Positions 1-10,154 of a stretch of DNA of 64,000 nucleotides are shown here, piece after piece (within the stretch, counting starts at the first letter, position 1; each line of letters begins with the position of its first letter). A program made the translations under genes and the position numbers. Source of the stretch: a bacterium. GTDB lineage: Bacteria; SAR324; XYD2-FULL-50-16; G965216635. Location of the stretch: NCBI GenBank assembly GCA_965216635.1, contig OZ244188.1, positions 512,001 to 576,000 of the forward strand. Reading direction: 5' to 3'. The notes under the pieces are model-generated. The model had not been told where the DNA came from, ran no database searches, and saw only the letters and a list, made by a program, of their open reading frames with translations.

Positions 1-660
1 GTAGTTCGCAAACCAGAAATTTTTCTATTAGATGAACCTTTGAGCAATTTAGATGCAAGGCTTAGAGAAACTATGCGTAGTTATATCCGTAGTATTCACG
101 AACAACTGGGTAAAACTACGGTTTATGTGACCCACGACCAGCAAGAAGCTATGACACTTGCAGATAGAATTTTTGTTTTCAATAAAGGGAAAATGATGCA
201 AAGTGGTACACCCCAAGAAATTTACCAAACTCCCCAAAATCTTTTTGTAGCCCAATTTTTAGGAAGCCCACCTATCAATAGTTTTTTTGTAGAGGTTACA
301 GCAACAGAACTAATTGGAGGGTTTGGAAAAATAAAGTTAAAAGATTTAGGTGTAAAAATCAATCCACAAAAACTGCCTCAAAAAATGGTTTTTGCTATTC
401 GTCCTCACAACCTGAAAATAAGTAATTCTCAAAGTAAAGGTTTTCTCAAAGCAAAACTGCTTTCATCGGAGTATTTAGGTTCCGAAACCCACCACCATTT
501 CCAAGTAGGAAGGCAAAGAATACTTGTTGCAGTTCCGTTACAGCAGAATCTTGCTCCCCTTCAAAAGAGTTCTAGCTATAGCCTTGATATTTATGATAAA
601 AAAATATTTTTCTTTAAAGATGCAGAAGACGGAGAAAATATTACTGCTTCTATTTTATAA
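1..660 (+). CDS. ABC transporter ATP-binding protein, MalK/UgpC family (5' end outside window)
   Basis: Frame open from base 1: Walker B/D-loop FLLDEPLSNLD, H-switch YVTHDQ, C-terminal TOBE-like region. Confidence 0.9.
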   Translation, partial: VVRKPEIFLLDEPLSNLDARLRETMRSYIRSIHEQLGKTTVYVTHDQQEAMTLADRIFVFNKGKMMQSGTPQEIYQTPQNLFVAQFLGSPPINSFFVEVTATELIGGFGKIKLKDLGVKINPQKLPQKMVFAIRPHNLKISNSQSKGFLKAKLLSSEYLGSETHHHFQVGRQRILVAVPLQQNLAPLQKSSSYSLDIYDKKIFFFKDAEDGENITASIL

Positions 661-1392
661 TGAAACTCTTTGTATAATTTCACTATCTCTTAGATCTAAA
701 TCTTTTCCAGCTAAATCATCTGCCTTCCCGGAAGCCAACCAAGTTGTAAAAAGAGCTGCGGGTTTTGTGCTTGTGAGATTTTCTTTTTTGAACATGTTTT
801 TTTTAGGCATGTTACTCTCTCTAATCACTGCCTGCATATCTGTATCTATAATGCCTGGAGCAAAAGCAAAACAACGAATATTGTCCTGGCTCAATTCTAA
901 ATCTAAACATCTGGTAAGCATCGCAAACCCGGCTTTAGAGGTGCAGTAGGCACTCCAGTTTTCTAGGGGGCGGTGTGCAGAACCAGATGAAATATTAATA
1001 ATCCTTGAAGGAGAAGCTGCTTTCAATAAAGGATAAAAAGCATGAGTTATTCTCATTTGTCCTGTAATGTTTGTATTGATAAGGTTTTGCCATTCATCAG
1101 GATCTGCGTCACAAAATTTATCTATTGGTTGTATAATACCGGCATTATTAACGAGCACATCTAGTTTTTTATATTTTTTTAAAACAAAATTTTTGGCGTT
1201 TATTATACTTTCTTTATTGGTTATATCGCACTGTACTGCAGTGGTTGTACCACCGATTTCTGTTGCTTTTTTTTGGCAGGCTAGAAAATTTCTACCGCTG
1301 ATAATAACTTCATAATTCAAATTAGCAAACTCAACAGCAATGGCTGCTCCCAAACCCTTATTGGCTCCTGTAATTAAAACTGTTCTTTTCAT
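655..1392 (-). CDS. Short-chain dehydrogenase/reductase (SDR)
   Basis: TGANKGLG, NNAG and YCTSK motifs. Confidence 0.92.
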   Translation of the reverse strand: MKRTVLITGANKGLGAAIAVEFANLNYEVIISGRNFLACQKKATEIGGTTTAVQCDITNKESIINAKNFVLKKYKKLDVLVNNAGIIQPIDKFCDADPDEWQNLINTNITGQMRITHAFYPLLKAASPSRIINISSGSAHRPLENWSAYCTSKAGFAMLTRCLDLELSQDNIRCFAFAPGIIDTDMQAVIRESNMPKKNMFKKENLTSTKPAALFTTWLASGKADDLAGKDLDLRDSEIIQRVSL

Positions 1393-2378
1393 TGGTAAAA
1401 TTTTTTAAGGTTAGCTTTTTCTAAAACTGCTGCTTCTCTTTCAAGAAGTTGAAAATGCCATTGCTTGGCTATCTCTTGGGCTAATTGCCAACGAGGACTT
1501 GTATTTTGTAATTGATAGCCAACATAAAAATTATTTTTATTTTGAAGTTGATGAATGCTCAAAATAGTTTTATCTGCAAGCTCTAGTTTGACTACTGTAA
1601 ATTCAGTAAGGTTTTCTTCGCTGATGCTTTCTTTGGGGGTTGTTTTTTTTATAATAGGTAAGGTTTCTAAACTTGCTAGTTGATTCAGATAGCTGTTGAT
1701 ATTTTTTTGTGCTATTTTTTTTTTCGGAGATTTTTGAGAAACAAATTTTTTCCCCTTCACTACAAATGTATCTTTTTGATTACCTTTAGCAAACTCAAAG
1801 GAGATAATTTTTTCTACATTAAAGTTGTAAAGGCTCTTGTTAAACCAATACTCTTTATCTAGTTCTAGGTCTGGTAAACTGCCTACCGAAGAGCTATAAA
1901 CCTCGTTATCTTCTGTAAAACGAATGAAACGAACCCTTTCTGGAGAGTAGTCAATTCTTCCTAAAATAATATCTAAAACTACATCATCGTTTTGAAAAAT
2001 TTTCACCCTTTGTCCATTTTCTTCTTTTCTTGCTTTGTTTTTTGCATCTGCTACCCAATACTTAAAGTGATTTACTGGTTTTCTAGCTACCAAACTTTTG
2101 ATTTTTGCAAAATTGAAATGCTGTAAAAAGGAGGCTAGCCTCCTAGGGGCTATGGGGAAATCATTTTCTTTCAGTCGCCAATCTCCTTTTGCAGTTTTTT
2201 TGATTAAGGTAAGAGTTCCTTTCCCGTTTTCAATAACAATTTTATCAATTTTATCTTCATAAACAGAAGCAATATTAGATGTTTTTTTTTTAGCTGTAGG
2301 ATTGCTAAAAAAATAAACAAGTAGAGCTATTACTGTAAGAGCAAGGATCCCAAGAATAGATTTTTTCTCCAGCATCAC
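1389..2378 (-). CDS. DUF4340-like membrane-anchored protein
   Basis: N-terminal TM anchor, W-x-L...IILG...FIR pattern, directly downstream of GldG-like gene. Confidence 0.7.
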   Translation of the reverse strand: MMLEKKSILGILALTVIALLVYFFSNPTAKKKTSNIASVYEDKIDKIVIENGKGTLTLIKKTAKGDWRLKENDFPIAPRRLASFLQHFNFAKIKSLVARKPVNHFKYWVADAKNKARKEENGQRVKIFQNDDVVLDIILGRIDYSPERVRFIRFTEDNEVYSSSVGSLPDLELDKEYWFNKSLYNFNVEKIISFEFAKGNQKDTFVVKGKKFVSQKSPKKKIAQKNINSYLNQLASLETLPIIKKTTPKESISEENLTEFTVVKLELADKTILSIHQLQNKNNFYVGYQLQNTSPRWQLAQEIAKQWHFQLLEREAAVLEKANLKKFYQ

Positions 2379-4288
2379 TATTTTGTTTGTTTTTTTCTAT
2401 ATCTCTTATAAAAAACAAAAAGTCCCAAAAATAACACCAAACTAGGAACAATAATGAGATTGATTGTTTTGAGAGTGCTTTCTAAAAGTTCTATATCTTG
2501 ACGGAGTAATTTTCTAATTTCACGTAGTTCTATTCTAGTATTTTTTTCTCTTTCTTGAAATTTTTTGATTTTTTGGATCTGCTCTTTATCTAGGATGATT
2601 TCGTTGCTACCGGTTTGTGGTTGAAGTTGGTCTAATTGTTGTTGAATTTGAATTAGTTCGTTCTTTAGTTGTTGCTCTACTTGTTGGTAATTATTTTGAG
2701 CTTCTTTTTCTAGGTCGTTAATTTTATCAAAAGGACGAGAAAATTTTCCTCGCGAGCGAATAGCAAATAATTTATCAGAACCACTAAAGTAATCTACAAG
2801 ATTTAAGAATAGTCCTAAATTGTCGTTGACTGGTTGAACTATTGTTTGCCCTAACGCCTGAAATTTTTGTACACTAAAAGGATCGCTCATCCAATCTGCA
2901 TCACTGATGAGCAAAGCACGAGCATCTTTTTTAGAGTTTTTCAAATGAGGATTTTTGAAATTTTCGCCTAGTTCGAGATTGCTAAAGGATGGTCTTTGTT
3001 GAAATGCAGAAGTGAATTTCCCATTGAGTAGTGCAATTAAATGATACTGTTTGTCCATTCTTTGTAAAGAATTAGCCACAGTGGTGGGATTAGAACGGGG
3101 TAATAACTGACTGAAGAAAACACCTGTAGTGTTGCTTGTGCTAAGCAACGGGCGGAAGGTTAAATTTTTATTTGCTTCGCTTTTAGAAAAAATAAAGCCA
3201 CCGGGTTCTGGGATTAAAATGCTCTCCAAATTTTCTAGAGCAGGTATAGTTTTTAAAAGAGCTTCTCCTTCAATATCGTGCCATAATGGGTAAGGTGCTG
3301 TTTGAATTCCAGAACGAAGAATATGGGGGTTTTCTAAATCTGCAATAACATTTTCTACTTTATAATCTATTTCCCAATGCCGAAAAAGAGTTGGTAAATC
3401 ACTAGCACTAATCACAGGAGGTCTGCCAGCTACATTTTGGGTATCTATTCTGGCAAAAGAATCTACAACTACAATCAATTTTCCTTTTTTAAGTAAAAAT
3501 TGATCTATCGCATATTCTGTAGCTAGTGCTCTAGACTGTTCTTCTTTTGTGGGGTTAGAGACTAAACTTTTAGGATGAAAAACAAGTAAAATATCTATAT
3601 TATCATCAATCTCCCATTCTTCTTTGCTGATAATTTCTACATTGTAAAACTTGGAAAGTTCATTATAAAAAGCCCAACTAGTATTAGGTTGAAAGGGATT
3701 ACCTCCCACACCTATTTCATCCATAATAGCAAGGTTCATTTTTTTGTTATTTTGGATTTTATAAATTCTTTGTGTGATATCATATTCTAAAGAAGATTCT
3801 GTTCTTAAATCAAAAAAGCGAAGTGTTTCTTGATTATCTCCTTGTAGAATAGCCAGTCCCAAAAAAAATTTATAAGCAGAACCAATATCAGCTTCTGCTA
3901 GATTGTATCCTTTAGCAGCCTGTTCTTCGTCAGAGTCTGGTTTAGGATCCAATATTTCTAATACAAGGTTTTGAGGGTTTAAAAGGGTATATTCTTTTAA
4001 AATTTCCTCTATTCTTTTTGCATATTGTCGATAGGTTTGGGGAATATCTTTGTTAGCTTGAGAAAAAAAAAATTTGATGGTAGTGAGTTCATCTATTTCT
4101 TTGATTATACTTTTTGTTCCGTCAGAAAGAGTATAGAGATTTTCTTCTGTGGCATCTATGCGAAAAAATAATTTGCTTGAAATAAAATTTAAAGCCACAA
4201 AACCAACAAAAGCGAACAGTAAATTCAGGGCAATATTTTTCTTAAAAATTTTGACAAAATCAAATTTTGTAAAGATAGTTTTTTTCAT
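2378..4288 (-). CDS. GldG-family / ABC-type uncharacterised transport auxiliary component
   Basis: RIDATEENLYTLS.GTK, LEYDIT, N-x-VD...LFAIRSR motifs, N- and C-terminal TMs; the ORF-track start at 4321 lies inside a MITE, so ATG 4288 is preferred. Confidence 0.8.
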   Translation of the reverse strand: MKKTIFTKFDFVKIFKKNIALNLLFAFVGFVALNFISSKLFFRIDATEENLYTLSDGTKSIIKEIDELTTIKFFFSQANKDIPQTYRQYAKRIEEILKEYTLLNPQNLVLEILDPKPDSDEEQAAKGYNLAEADIGSAYKFFLGLAILQGDNQETLRFFDLRTESSLEYDITQRIYKIQNNKKMNLAIMDEIGVGGNPFQPNTSWAFYNELSKFYNVEIISKEEWEIDDNIDILLVFHPKSLVSNPTKEEQSRALATEYAIDQFLLKKGKLIVVVDSFARIDTQNVAGRPPVISASDLPTLFRHWEIDYKVENVIADLENPHILRSGIQTAPYPLWHDIEGEALLKTIPALENLESILIPEPGGFIFSKSEANKNLTFRPLLSTSNTTGVFFSQLLPRSNPTTVANSLQRMDKQYHLIALLNGKFTSAFQQRPSFSNLELGENFKNPHLKNSKKDARALLISDADWMSDPFSVQKFQALGQTIVQPVNDNLGLFLNLVDYFSGSDKLFAIRSRGKFSRPFDKINDLEKEAQNNYQQVEQQLKNELIQIQQQLDQLQPQTGSNEIILDKEQIQKIKKFQEREKNTRIELREIRKLLRQDIELLESTLKTINLIIVPSLVLFLGLFVFYKRYRKKQTK

Positions 4289-4302
4289 TTTTCTATATTG
4301 AA

Positions 4303-4486
4303 TAGACTTTTGAGTTTGCATTCGGTTTAGCCTATGCAGAGTTGAATTTTTTTTTTAACTCTTGCCATTTGTGAAGAAATGCTCTTCAGTATTCCTGCGA
4401 GCTAAAAATTTTTTTCGCACTTTTCTAAATAATCCATCTGGCTAGCCCCAATAGTTAAATAAGCATCAGCGAAATTCAAAGGTCTA
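4303..4486. mobile_element. MITE/palindromic repeat family copy
   Basis: TAGACTTTTGAGTTT...AAATTCAAAGGTCTA terminal inverted repeats; internal blocks shared with other copies. Confidence 0.8.
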
Positions 4487-4555
4487 TTATAGATTATCTA
4501 GGCAAAATGATAAAATCAAGAAAAGTTTTAAAGATTAATTTTTAGAAATTAGCTT

Positions 4556-5440
4556 TTAAAAGTTTAGGGCTGCGCCATAAGCTATAGAAAATAAAAGTAT
4601 AAAAATACATTGTTTTTTTAAGAGTTGGTTATATTTTTCATCCATTTCACCTAAAGCAAAAGTCAAGTGAATTAGGGGTAAAAAAATAAGTAGAATTAAC
4701 CCTTGATACCAATACGAAAATCTATAATAAGCAGCAATCAAATAAATTATAAAGCTCGTTAGTACAAGTATTTTTTGGTAGATTTTGGCTTTTTGTTCTC
4801 CTAGTCTAACGGCAACAGTCTGACGACCTTTTTTTTTATCTGTGGATAAGTCTCTAATGTTATTGAGGTTTAGTACGGAAACACTCAAACATCCCATTGC
4901 ACAAGATTCTAGTAGTAAAGAATAGTGATAGTTTCCCGTTAATAAAAAGTAGCTACCAATCACTGCCACAGGACCAAAATAAAGAAACACAAAAATATCT
5001 CCCAAACCTGTAGAGCTATGGGGATTTTTTCCTAAACTATATCTTAAAGCAGTGCTAATACAAGTAAATCCAATAAAAAACCAAATCCAAAAGTATATAG
5101 ATTTTATATTTTCAAAAGCAAAAAATAAAAGAATTAGTCCAAAAAATACAGCTAAAGAAATATTTATAAGTAGTGCTATCTTTATTTTTCTTTTAGAAAT
5201 TTTTCCCGATTGCAACATCCTTTCAAAACCAATTCTATTCTTATCATCTATTTTTCTAATACCATCTCCATAATCATTGGCAATATTGGCAACAATTTGA
5301 AGGCTAGTGGCAGTGAGCAGTATTAAAACACTTAAGCTCCAAGAAAAAAAACCATCTCTAAGGGATAAGAAAATCCCTATACCAATAGAGGCAAAAACTA
5401 AAGGAAGAGTATGAATTCTAATAAGTTGAAGGTAGGGCAT
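4556..5440 (-). CDS. menA: 1,4-dihydroxy-2-naphthoate polyprenyltransferase
   Basis: R.HTLP, ANDYGD, NNIRD..TD...GR.T motifs; multi-TM. Confidence 0.9.
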   Translation of the reverse strand: MPYLQLIRIHTLPLVFASIGIGIFLSLRDGFFSWSLSVLILLTATSLQIVANIANDYGDGIRKIDDKNRIGFERMLQSGKISKRKIKIALLINISLAVFFGLILLFFAFENIKSIYFWIWFFIGFTCISTALRYSLGKNPHSSTGLGDIFVFLYFGPVAVIGSYFLLTGNYHYSLLLESCAMGCLSVSVLNLNNIRDLSTDKKKGRQTVAVRLGEQKAKIYQKILVLTSFIIYLIAAYYRFSYWYQGLILLIFLPLIHLTFALGEMDEKYNQLLKKQCIFILLFSIAYGAALNF

Positions 5441-5521
5441 TGAAGTTTTTAATAATCAAGTTGCGGTAGGTTTTTGAATATAGATAAAAAAAGGGAACAA
5501 AAAATTTGTTCCCTTTTTTTC

Positions 5522-5610
5522 TATAAAAAATAAAAATGCTATAGAAAATAAAATTGCTATAGAAAATAAAATTGCTATAAAAAATAAAATTGCTATAAAA
5601 AATAAAATTG
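5522..5610. repeat. 18-bp tandem repeat (CTATARAAAATAAAATTG) x ~4.5
   Basis: Read directly. Confidence 0.8.
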
Positions 5611-5613
5611 TTA

Positions 5614-5904
5614 GAGATTTTTGAATTAGTGTTATGTGACGGCTAGCCAAATGGTTAGAACAGGTGCAAAAAAATTTTTTAGCTCGCTGGAATACTGAAG
5701 AGCATTTCTTCACAAATGGCAAGAGTTAAATTTTTTTTTAATGGCGTACGTAGTTCTACAATAATGGGATCAGGGCGATACAAAACTTGCATTAAGCAAG
5801 AACGAACTGTGAAACAGCCAAAGGGCTGTTTCACAAATAGCCCATAAAAAGCGTCAAGTAATAAGCTTTGTTTTGGCTAAACAGAACGCTAATTCAAAAG
5901 TCTC
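5614..5904. mobile_element. MITE/palindromic repeat family copy
   Basis: GAGATTTTTGAATTAG...CTAATTCAAAAGTCTC ends; internal hairpin TGTGAAACAGCC-AAAG-GGCTGTTTCACA. Confidence 0.8.
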
Positions 5905-5906
5905 TG

Positions 5907-7070
5907 TTATATTTCATCCACAGTCATATCATCACCTATAGAAGAATCTTCGGGTATATTCTTAGTAGTTTGTGTTACTTGCTCGGTAGACTGCCCTGTT
6001 GTTGAAGTAGTTTGTGCTACTTGCTTTGTAGACTGCGTTTCATCAAAGCTTTCCTTAGAATCTGAAGTAGGATCTGATGCTTTATTAATGAATACAGAAA
6101 AATCAGTAAACTTCTTAAAATCAACAGTATCATCTACATACCTTGCAGTTCTGATAGACAAAGTGTCGTAAAGAGCTTTGGACCTATCACTAGCGTCTAT
6201 TAACGCTGGTGTGTCTATTTGATTGATAGTATCGTAGACATAGTCTCCAGCAATTTCTCCGTATCTTTTTACAGGATCATCTGTCACAACTGTAGAAAAT
6301 TTAATGTTATTAATCAATTTTTTGCGAACATTCTCTTTATTTTTTATTCTTTTAAGCAATTCTCCAACTTCTTTCAATAGCAAAGAATCAGAAAGTCTTA
6401 GATACCCTTGATCTGCTACTTCGTCATAAGTCACAAGATTATGATGTAACACAATTTCCATATTGTAATAGATCTGCTGAATTATCATTGCTCCTTCAGA
6501 TACTGGAATAAAAAAGGATGTCGGGTTCATTTTTTCGCCGTAAAGTAAAATACGATATCCAATATGAATATCTAAATGTTCTCTAAGTACCGCAGAAAAC
6601 ATAAATTCTTTCATATGGGGCAGTTTATCTGCTTCAAATTCTATATTCTCAATCACTTTACTAGCTATATCAGGTCTGGTAGCTATGCTCTTACAAATTA
6701 ACTCTAACTCTCTTCTCAAACCAGAAGAATCAAATCCTTCCATAACAGTATTTGCTATACCATAGTGGTAAATTTTAGGGTCTGCCATATCATAGTAAGA
6801 TTGCATGCTGACATATACCAAATCGGCAAGATTAGCAACAATTCTATCTTCATTAGCATTACAAGGCAAGCTGAAAATGGCTCGCTCAGGATCAGCATGC
6901 CTAGAATCTAGTGTGATTCTAGCTGCAGCATCAACAAAGATATATCCACGAATATTTTCTTTTATCGTTTTTTTAATTTTGTCTGCTTGACTGTATCTTT
7001 TGTAAATATCTCTACCTAAGAGGTAAGCACGACCATCCTTACAAAAGTCTCTACTAAATTGTGATTTCAT
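5907..7070 (-). CDS. Hypothetical protein (387 aa) with Gln/Thr-rich duplicated tail
   Basis: Long ORF, no motif recognised, MITE on each side. Confidence 0.7.
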   Translation of the reverse strand: MKSQFSRDFCKDGRAYLLGRDIYKRYSQADKIKKTIKENIRGYIFVDAAARITLDSRHADPERAIFSLPCNANEDRIVANLADLVYVSMQSYYDMADPKIYHYGIANTVMEGFDSSGLRRELELICKSIATRPDIASKVIENIEFEADKLPHMKEFMFSAVLREHLDIHIGYRILLYGEKMNPTSFFIPVSEGAMIIQQIYYNMEIVLHHNLVTYDEVADQGYLRLSDSLLLKEVGELLKRIKNKENVRKKLINNIKFSTVVTDDPVKRYGEIAGDYVYDTINQIDTPALIDASDRSKALYDTLSIRTARYVDDTVDFKKFTDFSVFINKASDPTSDSKESFDETQSTKQVAQTTSTTGQSTEQVTQTTKNIPEDSSIGDDMTVDEI

Positions 7071-7103
7071 ACTTATGTGTGTATTGGTTAAAAATTGCTA
7101 AAA

Positions 7104-7385
7104 TAGACCTTTGAATTTGCATTCTGTTTAGCCAAAACAAGCTTATTGCTTTCACTCTATACAGACTTTAGCAAAAGAGCCACTGGCTCTTTTGCAGTCT
7201 ATATTGTGTTAGCTTTAAGTTTTGTAATGCATTGCACTACGCTATTGAAAAATTTTTTTAACTCCTTCCATTTGTGAAGAAATGCTCTTCAGTATTCCTA
7301 CGAGCTAAAAATTTTTTTCGCACCTGCTCCAACCATTTGGCTAGCCCCAATAGTGGGATAAGCATCAGCGAAATTCAAAAGTGTA
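7104..7385. mobile_element. MITE copy (inverted twin of 8351-8631)
   Basis: TAGACCTTTGAATTT...AAATTCAAAAGTGTA. Confidence 0.85.
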
Positions 7386-7472
7386 TAAAAACAAGTTAAT
7401 TATAACAAAAAAAATAAAAAAAGCAAATATAAATTAAAATTTTTTCAAAAAACATAGAAAATATCAGAAAAA

Positions 7473-8282
7473 TCAGTCTTTTGCAAGTAATTTACTTTTT
7501 TTATAAGCACTAGATAAACAATTTTTTATGATTTTATCTACATTTTCTCTTTTCAAAACTCGCATCCCCGCCTCTGTAGTGCCTCCTTTGGTGCAAACTT
7601 CGTCAATAAGTTCGGTTAACTGTTTTTTTGATTGATTTGCAAAAAAAGTAGAGTTTATAAAACAATTGTGAACAATTTCTTTTGCTAAAACATCAGAAAG
7701 CCCGAGTTCTACAGCAGAATCATAGAAACTTCTCAATAGATAAAACACAAATCCAGTGCCACTACCAGAAATAGCAGTGCAAATATCCAATTTATTCTCA
7801 CTATCTACTTCTAGGCATTTACCTAAATTTTGAAAAATTTTTAAGAATTTTTCTTTTTTTTCTGCTGTTATCTCTGAAGTTTGGCAAAAAATTGTCAAAC
7901 CCATACTGATAGTAATGGGTAAACTGGGTATTGCCCTAATAATAGCTATATTAGGCTGTATTTTTTTGATAGATTCAAAAGAATAACCCGCCATCACAGA
8001 AATAAGCAGTGAATTAGAGTGAAATTTTATTTCTTGTAAAATTTTTGTTGCTTTTTGAGGAGGAACAGCAAAAACGATGCTATCTTTAGTCTCCACATTG
8101 AGTTGCTCCGCTCTACTAAATTGTAGACTATGAGCTAAATGAACTAACTTTTTTTTTAGTTTTAAAGGTTCTCTACTTACAACTACAACTGAGCTGTCAG
8201 GATACACTTTTAGAATAGATTCTAAAATAGGTAGACCCATTTTTCCGCAACCAACCAAAAAAATTTTTTCCTTACTTTTCAT
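7473..8282 (-). CDS. proC: Pyrroline-5-carboxylate reductase
   Basis: GCGKMG, SVMAG, TAISGSG, V.TKGGTT motifs; start ATG 8282 or TTG 8303. Confidence 0.9.
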   Translation of the reverse strand: MKSKEKIFLVGCGKMGLPILESILKVYPDSSVVVVSREPLKLKKKLVHLAHSLQFSRAEQLNVETKDSIVFAVPPQKATKILQEIKFHSNSLLISVMAGYSFESIKKIQPNIAIIRAIPSLPITISMGLTIFCQTSEITAEKKEKFLKIFQNLGKCLEVDSENKLDICTAISGSGTGFVFYLLRSFYDSAVELGLSDVLAKEIVHNCFINSTFFANQSKKQLTELIDEVCTKGGTTEAGMRVLKRENVDKIIKNCLSSAYKKSKLLAKD

Positions 8283-8350
8283 ATTGTCCAGTTGTTTTAG
8301 CAAAAAATTTTCCTTGCAAAATCAAACAAAATTCCTTTATATATATCATA

Positions 8351-8631
8351 TAGACCTTTGAATTTCGCTGATGCTTACCTCACTATTGGGGCTAGCCAAA
8401 TGGCTAGAAAAGTGCGAAAAAAATTTTTAGCTCGTAGGAATACTGAAGAGCATTTATTCACAAATGGCAAGAGTTAAAAAATTTTTTCAATGGCGTAGTG
8501 CAATGCATTACAAAACTTAAAGCTAACACAATATAGACTGCAAAAGAGCTACTGGCTCTTTTGCTAAAGTCTGTATAGAGTGAAAGCAATAAGCTTGTTT
8601 TGGCTAAACAGAATGCAAATTTAAAAGTCTA
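8351..8631. mobile_element. MITE copy (inverted twin of 7104-7385), followed by a further partial copy to ~8795
   Basis: TAGACCTTTGAATTT...AAATTTAAAAGTCTA; near reverse complement of 7104-7385. Confidence 0.85.
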
Positions 8632-8985
8632 GAGTATTTCAAGGGACAATTTTTTTTTTAAAATAGTGTAGTGCCACAATAATGGGAGCAGGCACTACAA
8701 AATTTAGCGTTCTAACCAAGAATGAAATGTGAAACAGCCTGTCTGAAGTTTTAAGCAATAAGCTCTTTTTGGCTAAACTAATGCAAAGATCTCTAGGTAA
8801 GTCTTTGAAAAAAGGCTGATACCTTTGTAGGCATTCTAGTTCGGCGAAACAGCTTTATCGTTTTTACTTCACATAAACTTTAACAAAAGAGCTATGAGAT
8901 CTTTTGCTGTCCATTTATGTTAACGTCAAGTTTTGTGATGTCTTGCAAGACGCCATTTTAAAAATTTTTTGTCCTTAAAATCCCA

Positions 8986-10044
8986 ATGCTTATCACTCCT
9001 GAAAATAGAAAAAAATTTGTTCGTTTCAAAGAAATCAAAAGAGGTTATTATTCTTTGGTTGTTATTTTAATACTTATCGTTTTTTCTTTGTTTGCAGAAT
9101 TTTTTATAAACAATAAAGCACTGCTAGTCAAATATCAAGACAATTATTATTTTCCTGTATTGGGTAAATTTTATAGTGGTGATACTTTTGGTTTGGATTA
9201 TAGCTATGAGGCAAACTACAAAGAATTAAAAAAAATTTTACAGGAGAAATTTTTTCAAAACCCTCAAGAAAAAAATTGGGTGCTACTACCTTTTATTCCT
9301 TACTCTGCTTACGAAAATGATTTTATCAATATAGCTCCAGCCAAACCTTCTTTTGTAAATAGGCATCTACTTGGCACAGATTTACAAGGCAGAGATGTTT
9401 TAGCAAGAGTGGTTTATGGTTTTCGTATTGCTATTTTTTTCTCACTAGCCTTGTATATTCTTTCTACTATTATAGGAGTTTTTTTGGGTTGTTTGATGGG
9501 CTACTTTGGTGGTATTTTTGATTTAATTTTCCAAAGGATTGTAGAAATTTGGACTTCACTCCCCTTGCTATACATTCTTATCATTATGGCGGCTTTAATT
9601 ACCCCTTCCATTGGGCTTTTGTTGATTATTTTTACTTTTTTCAGTTGGACGGGCATAACTTGGTTGATGCGTGCAGAAATCTATAGGGAAAAAGGGAAAC
9701 AATATTGCGAAGCTGCTCGCTCTATGGGAGCAAGCCATTTAAGAATTATTTTTTCACACTTATTGCCAAATTCTTTAGTTCCTCTGGTATCGGCTTTACC
9801 TTTTCAAATAGTAGCTGGAATTACTACTTTAAGTAGTCTAGATTATCTAGGTTATGGATTGCCTGTACCTACACCTAGTTGGGGTGAGTTACTACAACAG
9901 GGCCAGACTAGTTTTACTTATGCTTGGTGGATTCTTCTTTCTCCTGCTTTTGCAGCGATTGTAGTACTTTCTTTATTTGCTTTTATAGGGGAATCTTTGC
10001 GAGAGAGTTTAAATCCGAGAGAAGATTATTTTATTGAAGCTTAG
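8986..10044 (+). CDS. Peptide ABC transporter permease (YejE/OppC-like)
   Basis: HLLGTD..GRDV.AR, EAA motif (EAARSMGAS), PTPSWG. Confidence 0.88.
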   Translation: MLITPENRKKFVRFKEIKRGYYSLVVILILIVFSLFAEFFINNKALLVKYQDNYYFPVLGKFYSGDTFGLDYSYEANYKELKKILQEKFFQNPQEKNWVLLPFIPYSAYENDFINIAPAKPSFVNRHLLGTDLQGRDVLARVVYGFRIAIFFSLALYILSTIIGVFLGCLMGYFGGIFDLIFQRIVEIWTSLPLLYILIIMAALITPSIGLLLIIFTFFSWTGITWLMRAEIYREKGKQYCEAARSMGASHLRIIFSHLLPNSLVPLVSALPFQIVAGITTLSSLDYLGYGLPVPTPSWGELLQQGQTSFTYAWWILLSPAFAAIVVLSLFAFIGESLRESLNPREDYFIEA

Positions 10045-10154
10045 ATAAAACAGACCAAGTTTGCTATTTTTTAAAAAAAGTGTATTATTATTATTCCTAA
10101 ACGGAAAACAAAAAAAACTTTAGACTATCAGGTTTAATTAAATATTGAAAAAAA

